64,000 bases of DNA from Alphaproteobacteria bacterium (GCA_964291395.2 OZ219856.1:96001-160000), one strand, 5' to 3'; shown: positions 1 through 8,976, counted from the first letter of the stretch. The notes: generated by a model from the letters alone, not told the origin. Program-made: numbers and translations.

Positions 1-407
1 AACATGAACGGCGGGACGTAGTGGTTCTTGTTGTGGAACTGTCCCAGGCTGGTTTCCCTCGCCTGCCAGATCACGGGGTAGTCGGCCGGTAGGTAGATGG
101 ACCAGTGGTACCACCTCTCGCCGGCATTGATGTTGCTGCCCTGCCTCAGCTCCTTGCGCTCCCTGCGCGTCGAGCAGTCGTCCCAGTCGTACCAGCTGCC
201 GCAATCTCCGGAACGGACCTCGAAGCGCATGGACGTATCGCCGCTACGGACGGGATGCCCGTCTTCCCTGGAGACGACGGCGTAGGCGTACCTCTTGGTG
301 GACGTTCCGCCGTCCCCGAAGGACCAGCCGGAAACGTTGTCGGCGGTGTTGGTCGCCAGGCACCCCACCGCGAGGAACAGGACCGCCGCGATGATCAGTG
401 GCCTCAT
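1..407 (-). CDS. Polysaccharide lyase (heparin lyase I-like) family putative lipoprotein, runs off window edge
   Basis: Not in the ORF track; read manually from ATG 407: MRPLIIAAVLFLAVGC...GHPVRSGDTSMRFEVRSGDC...RERKEL...WYHWSIYLPADYP...LGQFH. Lipobox-like LAVGC; the RFEVR/R-EL/WY-WSIYLP/GQFH pattern is typical of this family. Confidence 0.7.
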   Translation of the reverse strand, partial: MRPLIIAAVLFLAVGCLATNTADNVSGWSFGDGGTSTKRYAYAVVSREDGHPVRSGDTSMRFEVRSGDCGSWYDWDDCSTRRERKELRQGSNINAGERWYHWSIYLPADYPVIWQARETSLGQFHNKNHYVPPFM

Positions 408-470
408 GGTATGCGCTCCCCCTGACCGGCTGGCTCGGGTTTATCGACCGGTTTCCTTGCGCTCACGCCG

Positions 471-521
471 TCCCCATCAGAACAACCTCACGAATCTAAG
501 CTCGCCGCCGGTCCTCTCGTA
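471..521 (-). repeat. Copy 1 of the slam 3' end (YERTGGELRFVRLF*)
   Basis: Minus strand reads TAC GAG AGG ACC GGC GGC GAG CTT AGA TTC GTG AGG TTG TTC TGA TGGGGA; matches 1971-2019 with mostly synonymous changes. Confidence 0.9.
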
Positions 522-573
522 CATTACCGTCAGCAGAGCTTTCGTCATGTTTCCTCTCCACGTAAGCTGGCTC

Positions 574-1347
574 TTAGGCGGACAATGGACGGTTTTCCAA
601 CCACTCTCGTATATCAGCCATAGCCTCTTCTAAATCATCGTGGGTTTCGATAGCCGCGATGCTGTGGACAACTGCTATGTGGATGTCGGGATGATCGCGG
701 TCTATGGGCTTTAGTAGGCTGGCGTGCTTCTTCATCAGACGGTCGATGCAAGTGTCCGCATCGGTGTCCTGATTGTTCGCCTCATACCTAACGAACGCGT
801 CGCGCAAAGCCTTGAGGTCGTGCCGCAGCACGTTTCGCTGACTATATGGATCTTCGTAATCCGGGTTGCACTCTACCTTACCATCCTGCGTGACGCGAAA
901 TGGCCTATCTGGTGGGAGACCGATCGCGTACGCCTTTTGCCAACACTCGCCTCTCCACCATCCCTTCGGTCTCCCATTTATGGCATCCGTAATCGCGACA
1001 GTATCCCGACTCGTGTAATCAACTTGGTTTTCTTTCTTGGCATTCTTTCCGTAGCGCGGTGGGAAGCTCAAGAACGCTTCGAAGGCCCTCATGACGGGCT
1101 CGTCATAGTCTTCGGGGTGGTCCTTGGCGAGCTTGGCCAGCGTTGCGATCGCGGCCGTGCGCGTGACGTAGTTCAAGCTCCCGGGCGTGTTGACATCTTG
1201 GAGTTGCGCCGCCGCCGTTTCGTATTGCTTATGCCTCAGGGTCTTTTCCGCGGACCTCCAAGTCAGAAACGCACCCCTGACGGCGATGAGGGCGGAGATG
1301 ACAGTGGCGATGGGCCATGCCAACTCTATCCAGATCGGGTTCCCCAT
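574..1347 (-). CDS. Hypothetical protein with N-terminal transmembrane helix
   Basis: 257-aa ORF in lower-GC DNA; hydrophobic WIELAWPIATVISALIAVRGAFLTW; its ATG overlaps the TGA of repeat copy 2 (TGATG). Confidence 0.7.
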   Translation of the reverse strand: MGNPIWIELAWPIATVISALIAVRGAFLTWRSAEKTLRHKQYETAAAQLQDVNTPGSLNYVTRTAAIATLAKLAKDHPEDYDEPVMRAFEAFLSFPPRYGKNAKKENQVDYTSRDTVAITDAINGRPKGWWRGECWQKAYAIGLPPDRPFRVTQDGKVECNPDYEDPYSQRNVLRHDLKALRDAFVRYEANNQDTDADTCIDRLMKKHASLLKPIDRDHPDIHIAVVHSIAAIETHDDLEEAMADIREWLENRPLSA

Positions 1348-1388
1348 CAGAACAGCTTCACGAAGCGCAACTCGCCGTCGGTCCGCTC
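1341..1388 (-). repeat. Copy 2 of the slam 3' end (ERTDGELRFVKLF*)
   Basis: Minus strand reads GAG CGG ACC GAC GGC GAG TTG CGC TTC GTG AAG CTG TTC TGA TGGGGA. Confidence 0.9.
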
Positions 1389-1549
1389 AAGGGTGTGGCG
1401 CGGGCAGTGGCTCGCTCATTCACAAGCCAAGGTATCTCCCCACGCCACTCACACGGCCACCGGAGGAGAGCCTCGGAACCCATACCCGAATGACCGCGCG
1501 TCTTGTCCGTCAGAATCCCAGGACAAAATTCACACCTGGGCTCCTCCGT

Positions 1550-1943
1550 TCACTCATCCCGGTCGTCATCACCACGGCGCTTTCTGATGACAATCAGCAT
1601 CGAATGCCCAGGATTATATGGAGATCGTCCGCTTACTTCCATCGCCAGCCCTGACGCGTCTAAGTCACTGGCCAAGGACATTATGTCATTGAACGACGGA
1701 TCGTATGGCTCGGAGGTATACACCAGCTCCCCTTGCGCATCGCGCCACATCCGGGTGTGGTCAAGAACCGGGTAGCCATGCTTTTGACAAAGACAGGCCT
1801 CCCGCCCTCCATTCTTTGAGACATTTCTTCTCCACGATGCTTAGCGAGCAGACCGGTATCTGGCGACCCCTCTGCCGGGCGGGGCGCAAACCATGAAGGT
1901 CAAACATGCGCGCTTCATGCTCCTCATGGTTGTATGTGTTCAT
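1550..1943 (-). pseudogene. Cys/His-rich ~130-aa hypothetical gene split by a +1 frameshift near 1800 (possibly a sequencing error)
   Basis: RBS GGGGAGGAG before ATG 1943; removing one G from GCGGGAG joins ORFs 1761..1943 and 1550..1750 into 131 codons (...KKCLKEWRAEACLCQKHGYPVLDHTRMWRDAQGELVYTSEPY...). Confidence 0.55.
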
Positions 1944-1974
1944 CAGCAGCTACTCCTCCCCTTCGCCACACCCA

Positions 1975-3396
1975 TCAAAACAGTTTCACGAACCTGAGCT
2001 CGCCGCCGGTCCGCTCGTAGTCGTAGAGCTGGGCGTTGGTCTTGCGCACCTCATGCACCAGAGACACCTGGGGGCTGAAGCCCTTCCAGGCCAGCGCCCG
2101 GTTGTGCACCGAGGCGCGGAAGCTGCGGGTCTCGTCCTCGCGCGGCTCGCCGCCCTCGGTGTGCGGGAGCCAGTTGCCCTCGTAGTCGGTGCGGCGCAGC
2201 TCGCCGTTGCCGCCGACGGTGAAGCCCTTGGGCAGCGCCACCGAAACCCCCGCCCGCAGCCAGCGGTAGTCGTGGCGCCAGCGCTCCGCCTCGGTCCGCT
2301 GGCGCCCCCAGCCCAGCCCGGCGTCCGCCCGCACCACAGGCGTCACCACCCAGGCCCCGCTGAGCGAGGCGTCCATGACCGGCCCGTCGAGATGGTCCTG
2401 CACACGGTAGCTGCGCTCGTGCCAAGACGCCCGCGCGTTCGCCGTCAGCCGCCGGGTGAACCGGTGCCCGGCCTCGAGACGGGCCCCGAGGGCGTCGTGG
2501 TCCGGCGCGCCGCCGCTCCAGCGCCGCTGCACGCTCGCCAGCGCGCTCACCTCCGTGTTCCGGCCAATTAGGTGGCGCGGCCCCGCGTGCCCCGACAGAT
2601 GCGTCTGGTCGAACCGTTTTCCCGAGTACTCGCGCCTCGAGACGCTGGCCCCGGTGCGCAGGCGAAGACGATCGCCCAGCGGATACTGATACTCGCCGCC
2701 CGTCCACACCGAGAGGCCGATGCCCGACGTAGTCAGCTCTTCGGCGTCGCGGGTGAACGGCAGCCGCGCGCCGCCGACGTTGATGTAGATGATCCTCTCG
2801 TCCGAGCTTGCGCCGATGTTGGTGTCCGGCGCCAGGGCGAAGCCCGCGTGCAGGTCCCAGCGCCGGCGTGCGCGGATCTCTGCGAGGAAACGGTTAACGT
2901 TGAGGACCACCGGCGCCGGCGGCTTGCCGGCCAGCACCCGCTCGAAATGGCGCCGGGCGAGAGTGTCCTCGCCCTTGAGGAAGAAAGCGCGGGCCAGTTC
3001 CAGCCGGGCGCGTACCAGGCCGGGCCGGATCACTAGCATGCGCCGCAGGGCGGCGATGGCGGCGTCGAGGAAGGCCGCGCGGCTTGCGTCGTCGAGGCCC
3101 TGCCGACTAGCCGCCGCGATGCCGGCCCGGCCGACCAGGAACAGCAGGGTGAGATCGCTGCGGCGGGCTTCGACGGCCGGCCGCAGGATCGCAAGCGCCC
3201 GCACCGGCCGCCCGGCGCGGAGCAATGCCGTGGCCCGGTCGGCGACGGATTGCGGCGCGGCGGGTGTCGATTGGGCCTTCGTTGGCGCCGTCGATTGGGC
3301 CAGGGCCGGCTGCGGGCCGGCGAAGGCCATCGGCAGGGCGATGGCGGCGGCGGCAAGGCAGGCGGCCGGGAGCCGCACGCGCGCGGAGAGGGGCAT
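1975..3396 (-). CDS. Surface lipoprotein assembly modifier (Slam-like; TPR + DUF560-type beta-barrel)
   Basis: Signal peptide; TPR-like RARLELARAFFLKGEDTLARRHFERVL; APDTNI motif at the barrel start; alternating strands; C-terminal Phe (ELRFVKLF); downstream of TbpB-like lipoprotein genes. Start placed at MPLSARV. Confidence 0.85.
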   Translation of the reverse strand: MPLSARVRLPAACLAAAAIALPMAFAGPQPALAQSTAPTKAQSTPAAPQSVADRATALLRAGRPVRALAILRPAVEARRSDLTLLFLVGRAGIAAASRQGLDDASRAAFLDAAIAALRRMLVIRPGLVRARLELARAFFLKGEDTLARRHFERVLAGKPPAPVVLNVNRFLAEIRARRRWDLHAGFALAPDTNIGASSDERIIYINVGGARLPFTRDAEELTTSGIGLSVWTGGEYQYPLGDRLRLRTGASVSRREYSGKRFDQTHLSGHAGPRHLIGRNTEVSALASVQRRWSGGAPDHDALGARLEAGHRFTRRLTANARASWHERSYRVQDHLDGPVMDASLSGAWVVTPVVRADAGLGWGRQRTEAERWRHDYRWLRAGVSVALPKGFTVGGNGELRRTDYEGNWLPHTEGGEPREDETRSFRASVHNRALAWKGFSPQVSLVHEVRKTNAQLYDYERTGGELRFVKLF

Positions 3397-3425
3397 GGCG
3401 CGATCTTCCGGAAACGGGTTGGCGG

Positions 3426-3457
3426 GAAAAAGAAGGGCGGCGCGAGCGCCGCCCTTT
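3426..3457 (-). terminator. Intrinsic terminator between the large lipoprotein gene and slam
   Basis: Minus strand AAGGGCGGCG-CTCG-CGCCGCCCTT followed by CTTTTT. Confidence 0.7.
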
Positions 3458-3491
3458 GTGCAGGCAATGGGGTTACGCACCCCTCTGCGGT

Positions 3492-5379
3492 TTAGTCCGC
3501 CCGGGTCGCGAAGGCCCCGGCCGCTGCGCCGTCGCCGAAGTTGGCGTCGAACCGACCGTGGAAGCCCGTCGGACGCTGGTTTTGCACCGGCGTAGTCGTA
3601 TCGCCATCGTGGTCGACCGGCGCCGGGCCGTAGCCCTGGGCTGTCCACTCGCCCGCAGCACCGCCACCGGCGGTCGTGCCGTTAGCGTCAAAACCGGCGG
3701 TGGCATTCAGGGCAGTTTCGTTGAGAAGGACAGTCCAGTTCCCGACCGCGCCTCCCTGGAAGTTCGAAACGGATCCGCGCAGCATCGGAGCTACCGCGAA
3801 CGTCGCCGTCAGGTTGACATCGGCGGTGAACTGACCGGAATTGTCGCCACGCTTCGAAATGCCGACGGCCGAGCCGCTGTAGGTCGCGGTGACGTCCTTC
3901 GCGTCATCGCCTTCGCCGGCCTGCCCGAGATCAAGGGTAGTACTTGCGCCCGTGTTGTTCGAGTACAGGGCGATGCCGCTGGCCGCGCCGTCGGTATAGG
4001 TCAGCCAGTAGCCGTAGGTGGCATACATGGTCGCCACCATGTACATTCCCGCCATGTCCGGATTCGCGACGTAGAGTTCCTTCGGCAAAGCCGGCGAGAA
4101 ATACCAGCCGGCGCCCAGCTTGCCGTCCGTCACCTTGCAGCCGTCGGTGCCTCCCAAGCAAATGATCAGCGCCGACAATGCCCTTGTAAGTGCCGGGGGT
4201 AGTACCACCATCAGCGTCGATTGTGCCGTCGGTTAAATTGGTACTGGTCACGGCCGAAGCGGTCATGCCTTCGAGCGACGCCACCGAAACCTCCGCATTG
4301 CCTGCGGTAAGCGCGCCGTCGGCATCGATCGTGCCAAGCCGCTTCTTCGACACCTTGTCCTCACCGGCGATCATGGCCCAGGTCATCGCCCCGATGTCAT
4401 CGGCATCGTTCATGATCCCATCCATGGATGTCGCGTCGCCAATGGTGCCGTTGGTGTCCGGGGCAGCGGTGCCGATGGCCGTCATGACCTCGCCCGCTAT
4501 CCGCTTGCCGATGGCAGAGGGCATCATCGGGTAGTCTTCGGCCAGCTTGTTAGCGCCCTTGACCGCGGCAACCGCATCCCTCAGCGAATCGACTTCCGTG
4601 GTCGGGGTGGTGCCGTCAGCCTGTAGCGGGTTCTTGTCGAGGACCGCCTGGGCCGCCTTTTTCTGGGCTGTCGCCTGCTTGATCGCCTCATCCGCCGCCG
4701 CGATCGCACCTGCGCGTTCCGCGTCATCCTCGGAAAGGGCCTCTGCCGCGGTCTTCGCCGCCATGGCGTCGTTCAGCGCCTCGTCGGCGTCCATGACGGC
4801 CTGGTTCGCGGCCGTCTCCGCATCCAGAATCTTCTGGGCGTTCGCCACGGCCATTGCCGAATCGCCCTTGACCTCCTCTGCGGTGAGCATGCCCGCGTAT
4901 TTGATCGCGTCCTTCTCGGCCTGCTCCGCATCCATGGCGGCTGCGTTCGCGGCCGTAATGGCGTCTGCGGCGTCGGCTTTCAGGCTTTGGGCAGTCGGGG
5001 CCGGCGGCTCGGTCGGAGTCGTCGGAGCCATCGCCTCAGCCACCGAGATGGTGCCCGTGGTCGTGATGGTGCCGTCGTCATTGACCGTGACCGAGCAGGG
5101 ACCCGTATCGCAGGTGAAATCGAGGCCGCCGGCCGTGATCATCGCGCCGGCCGCGAAATCCTGACCCAGATACATGGCGGCCGTATCGTCCTCGGCGAAG
5201 GCGTCGGCCAGGTCTTCGGAAATCGTGTGGGTGCCGGCCATGACCGTCACGCCCATCTGAGCATCGCTCAGGGTGTAATCCGGCTCCGGCGGATCGTCGC
5301 TGCTCGAGCTGCACGCACCGAGGGCGAGACCAAATCCCGCCAGCACAGCGAGTGCCAGATAGGTTGACTTGAATTTCAT
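3492..5379 (-). CDS. Large surface lipoprotein with C-terminal TbpB-like barrel; +1 frameshift near 4168
   Basis: MKFKSTYLALAVLAGFGLALGAC lipobox; Ala-rich helical stalk; the second frame continues IICLGG...ATYSGSAVG...SGQFTADVNLTATF...GFHGRFDANFGDGAAAGAFAT. The span is 1888 nt = 629 codons + 1. Confidence 0.75.
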
Positions 5380-5760
5380 CGGGATCCTCTCCCTCGTTGC
5401 GTGTATATGTGAACGGACCCCTAATAGGTCGGGCCGCTGCAATCGTCAACCGGGGCGGATGAGGTTCCTGCTTTTTCGCCGGAAGCCGGAACGGCTTTCG
5501 AGGCTCTTCTGTTCAGCGGGCAACCCGACCAGAAAGGGAAGCCGGAAACGATTGCAGGTGGATTGTTACGGTCTTCGTCTTTGCCTGTCAACAGGTTTCC
5601 TGACAAAGAAATTTCCGGCTCCCTCCCCCATGGCCGGGCCGCCGCGATCGGCATCCGGCGGCCGGGACGGGTTCCCGGCAAACGGCTCTCGTGTCCGGCA
5701 GGCGACCCGTCCATGGGCAAGGGAGAAGGGTGAAATGTTCGGGAAGCTCCCCCATCCCGT

Positions 5761-6693
5761 CTACGGGGCCCGTTTCGCGCCGAAGGCGCCGACATGGGCG
5801 CCGGTGTCGAAGACGCCGTAGGCCTCGCCGTGGTCCGGGCCGTGGAAGTTGCCTTCGAGACGGTCGGCGCCGGCGCTGCCCGACGCGAACCCGCCGTCGG
5901 CGAGCGGCATGTCGGCCCAGGCGGGCGAGCCGATGGCGAAGCCCGGGACGTCGATCTCCACGCCCACGCGGGGCCGGGACAGGTCGGCGATGGTGACGGT
6001 CGCGGACCCCCGGCGCCGCTCGAAGGTGCCGGTGGAGGCGGCTTCGGCGACGCCGCTCCAGGTCGCGCTTCCCGTGCCCCCGGGATTGGTGCCGCTGGCG
6101 GCGCCCACGGCATAGGCCATGGCGCTGCCGAAGTCCCCGGTGAAGGGGACCCCGTCGAGGCGGCCGGACAGGGAGCCGTCGGAGATTTCCACGGCCGCGA
6201 AACCGTGCTCGCCCCAGATCCCGTAGGCGGCGATGGTGGGCGCGGAGGCGATCGCGCCGTCCGGGATGTTCTCCGTGACCTCGACGCCGCCCCGGGCGGC
6301 CATGGTGTCGAACCCGTCCCGCGACCCGATGCTCACCTCCGTCAGCTCGATTTCGGCCGTCGGGTCGATCTCGGCCGTCGGGTCGAACAGGTCCTCCACG
6401 GCGATCTCGCCGCCGTCCTCCACGGCGCAGCGCCTGCCGACGCAGTCGGTGCCCAGGGCCTGGCTGTCGCTCAGCGTATGCCCCTCGGCGGTGAGGGAGT
6501 AACGGGAATGGAGGGTGGGCACGAGCAGGGTATCGGCGCCCTCGAGGATGCTCCCGAGCCGGACCACCCGCGGGTCCGAGGCGATCCGCTCCCGCTCGGC
6601 GTCGGTCAGCGCCGCCGGGGCGTCGTCTCTCCCGCCGCAGCCGGCAAGGGCCAGCAGGCCGCCCACGGCCGCCAGCGCGAGAAGTCGGTTCAT
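5761..6693 (-). CDS. Transferrin-binding-protein-like (TbpB barrel) lipoprotein
   Basis: MNRLLALAAVGGLLALAGC lipobox; GSATWSGVA...LEGNFHGPDHGEAYGVFD...VGAFGAKR barrel motif; RBS GAGGAG. Confidence 0.8.
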   Translation of the reverse strand: MNRLLALAAVGGLLALAGCGGRDDAPAALTDAERERIASDPRVVRLGSILEGADTLLVPTLHSRYSLTAEGHTLSDSQALGTDCVGRRCAVEDGGEIAVEDLFDPTAEIDPTAEIELTEVSIGSRDGFDTMAARGGVEVTENIPDGAIASAPTIAAYGIWGEHGFAAVEISDGSLSGRLDGVPFTGDFGSAMAYAVGAASGTNPGGTGSATWSGVAEAASTGTFERRRGSATVTIADLSRPRVGVEIDVPGFAIGSPAWADMPLADGGFASGSAGADRLEGNFHGPDHGEAYGVFDTGAHVGAFGAKRAP

Positions 6694-6750
6694 GCCATGT
6701 CTCTCCTCTCCGTTCCGGGCCGCCCGGCGTCCGGCCTGACCCCGCGGGAT

Positions 6751-6780
6751 CACGCAACGTCATTACACGCAACGTCATTA
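6751..6780. repeat. Perfect 15-bp tandem duplication upstream of the lipoprotein gene
   Basis: CACGCAACGTCATTA x2. Confidence 0.9.
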
Positions 6781-7163
6781 TAAGTAGGCCCGGACCGGCG
6801 CCGCCGCATGCCGAGCTTATCTCCGATGCCGCGCCGTTGCACGAATCGCCGCCGGCGCGGTCGAAGCGTGCGGCGGCTGACACCGGGAAACCCCTCTGAT
6901 GTGGCTGCGTTCGATCTCTTCAAGACAGATCTCCACGGGGAGCTTGTCGTGGAGCTTCGTGGTCCGCGTCGCGGCGCAACGCGCGGCCGGAGCGGGGATG
7001 GACCGGGGCAGAGTCGGCACGCCAGGTGGGTGTCGCCGGCCGTCCCTCCGGTCGAGGTCCCCGGCCGGCTCCTGGAGGCGGGCGGCCCGCGGCCGTCCCG
7101 CCGCGCCGTTCCGATCGCGGTCGGACCATTGGTCGAGAACCGGACATGGTGCATGTTTGGTGT

Positions 7164-7367
7164 ATGTCACGCACCAACGTGGATATTGACGACGAGGCCT
7201 GTGCGGCGGTCATGGGCCGCTATCGCCTGACAACAAAGCGCGAGGCGATCAACTTCGCGCTTCGAACCCTTGCGGCGGAGCCTCTCGGCATCGACGAGGC
7301 CCGGAACCTTCGCGGAGCGGGTTGGGAAGGCGACCTCGACGACTTGCGAACCGGCCGTACGACGTGA
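7164..7367 (+). CDS. vapB: VapB-family antitoxin
   Basis: [11 protein letters not shown]...[11 protein letters not shown]...[14 protein letters not shown]; stop overlaps the vapC start (GTGA). Confidence 0.85.
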   Translation: MSRTNVDIDDEACAAVMGRYRLTTKREAINFALRTLAAEPLGIDEARNLRGAGWEGDLDDLRTGRTT

Positions 7368-7777
7368 TCCTGGTCGATACGTCCGCCTGGGTCGAGTTTC
7401 TTCGCGATACCGGGTCCACGACCTGCGATCGGGTCGAGGCGTCGCTCGGCAGCGAGATCGCGGTGTGCGACGCGATTCTCATGGAAGTGCTGGCCGGCGC
7501 ACGGGACGAGAGGCATCTGCACGACCTCCGCAGGCTGCTGGCACGTGCGACCGTCCTGCCGATGGAACCCAGGCACCATGAAGAGGCCGCGGCCCTGTTT
7601 CGGCTCTGCCGCCGGGAAGGGGAAACCGTCCGAAAGCTGATCGACTGCCTCATCGGCGCCGTCGCCATTCACGCCGATGCACCCGTTCTCCACGCCGATG
7701 GAGATTTCGACGTCCTTGCGCGCCATACGGGCCTGAAAATCGCGGAAGGCAGCAAGGGCGACGCAGGTGCCGATTGA
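7364..7777 (+). CDS. vapC: VapC PIN-domain toxin
   Basis: [13 protein letters not shown]...ILMEVLAG...IDCLIGAVA...VLHADGDF, with the PIN acidic residues. Confidence 0.9.
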   Translation: MILVDTSAWVEFLRDTGSTTCDRVEASLGSEIAVCDAILMEVLAGARDERHLHDLRRLLARATVLPMEPRHHEEAAALFRLCRREGETVRKLIDCLIGAVAIHADAPVLHADGDFDVLARHTGLKIAEGSKGDAGAD

Positions 7778-8028
7778 GCGGAAGGCCGCATGGAAAGAGC
7801 CACAACCTTCGGCGTCCCTGCCGGAGCCTGCGGTATGCACCCTCGCACGGGTTGGGAGAAGGCCCCCGGCACGGGACGAGAGCGGCGCCGGCAGTGATCG
7901 AGACGGCGCTGATCGTGCGGGTCCGGAGCTCAACGGGGATCCGTTCCGCCTGGCCCCCGCCTGTCCCGGCGGCATCCCGAGGCGTGAGGCCGGTCACGAA
8001 GCATCCGGACGGCATCGTGAGCCCCGGC

Positions 8029-8154
8029 GACTGCTACACGCGGGGTCCGCGCTCGTTCTTCCGCCTTCACGAGAAGGGGGGCCGGTACAACGTGGTTCCC
8101 GCCCACCACACGGCGCAGGAGTATGTCGATGCCTGCCTCAAGGCCACAGGCATC
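8029..8154 (+). pseudogene. Internal fragment of a tyrosine recombinase
   Basis: DCYTRGPRSFFRLHEKGGRYNVVPAHHTAQEYVDACLKATGI resembles the RLHEKGGK...PAHH segment of integrase/resolvase proteins; no start and no RH box. Confidence 0.65.
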
Positions 8155-8299
8155 CCCCTATCCGGGATGAATACAAGGCGGGACCGCCGCGGGCCTCCGT
8201 TCCGGCGCCCGGCGGGGGTCGGCCGAAACGGCTCAAACTCATATATATATGTCTTATGTGTCAGGTTCCGTCGTGCGGGCGCCGCCTCCGGGGCCGCGC

Positions 8300-8603
8300 T
8301 CAGGCCGCGCTGCGGCCGGCGATCGCCTCGCGCAGGCCTTCCAGCAGGCCCTCGAGCTTGGCCTGGCCGTGCTCGACCGCCCGCAGGCGCCCGTCCATCT
8401 CCACGCGCAGTTCCTTGATCTCGCCCGCGCAGGCCGCCGATCTCCTGCCGCATTTCCTGGCGCAGGCCGCCGATCTCCTGCCGCATGTCCTGGCGCAGGC
8501 CGCCGATGCGCCTGTCGAGCCGGGAGATGTCCGTCCTGAGCCAGGCGAAGAGCCCGATCATCAGCGCCACGAGGGCGAGGAAGCCGCCGGTTCCGATCGT
8601 CAT
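8300..8603 (-). CDS. Small membrane-anchored coiled-coil protein with 11-aa repeats; +1 frameshift near 8425
   Basis: MTIGTGGFLALVALMIGLFAWLRTDI, then repeated IGGLRQ(D/E)MRQE; removing one G continues GEIKELRVEMDGRLRAVEHGQAKLEGLLEGLREAIAGRSAA*. Confidence 0.65.
8427..8507. repeat. 33-bp in-frame tandem repeat, ~2.5 copies
   Basis: GCGCAGGCCGCCGATCTCCTGCCGCAT(T/G)TCCTG repeated. Confidence 0.9.
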
Positions 8604-8700
8604 GGCCGCCAGCGTACGCCGCGCCCGCGTCCCGGCGCAACGCGCGGCCCGGCCGGACGGCCGCCCCGCAGCCCTCGGGCGACATGTCCGCGCCGCTGCC

Positions 8701-8811
8701 GGCGGCGGCGTGAGCCTCATGGCGTCAGTCCAGAACGCGGAGATCACCAACGAGGCCGGCGCGAGCAACGAAGGCACGGCGTTCACCGCCGGTCTCAGGG
8801 TGGGCTTCTAG
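8701..8811 (+). pseudogene. Orphan C-terminal fragment of a porin
   Basis: GGGVSLMASVQNAEITNEAGASNEGTAFTAGLRVGF*: the last two beta-strands with terminal Phe; no upstream barrel. Confidence 0.6.
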
Positions 8812-8890
8812 CCCAGCCAGCCAGGATCGGCCGGGCAGGAGACCGAACCAGACTTGAACCTCCGGTTCGGCATGCCTTGACCGTCCGGTT

Positions 8891-8925
8891 GGAAGGGCGG
8901 CTCCTTCGGGAGCCGCCCTTTTTCC
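8891..8925 (+). terminator. Strong intrinsic terminator (possibly bidirectional)
   Basis: AAGGGCGGCTCC-TTCG-GGAGCCGCCCTT followed by TTT. Confidence 0.85.
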
Positions 8926-8976
8926 GTGTGTAGGCGATTCCTTCTCGCGGCTGTTACGGAGCGCGTCGCGGCCGGT

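Noticed and set aside
471-2019. CRISPR or integron interpretation of the three repeats
   Set aside because: Spacers are 580-820 bp, the repeats are coding-derived and non-palindromic, and there is no attC core (RYYYAAC/GTTRRRY), cas gene or intI
6890-6975. Minus-strand peptide [21 protein letters not shown], reminiscent of DUF4062
   Set aside because: Too short to support by eye; possibly another relic, needs blastx
6727-7998. CCGGCCTGACCCCGCGGGAT and a similar inverted copy near 7975 as element ends or REP sequences
   Set aside because: Several mismatches in very GC-rich DNA and no target duplication seen
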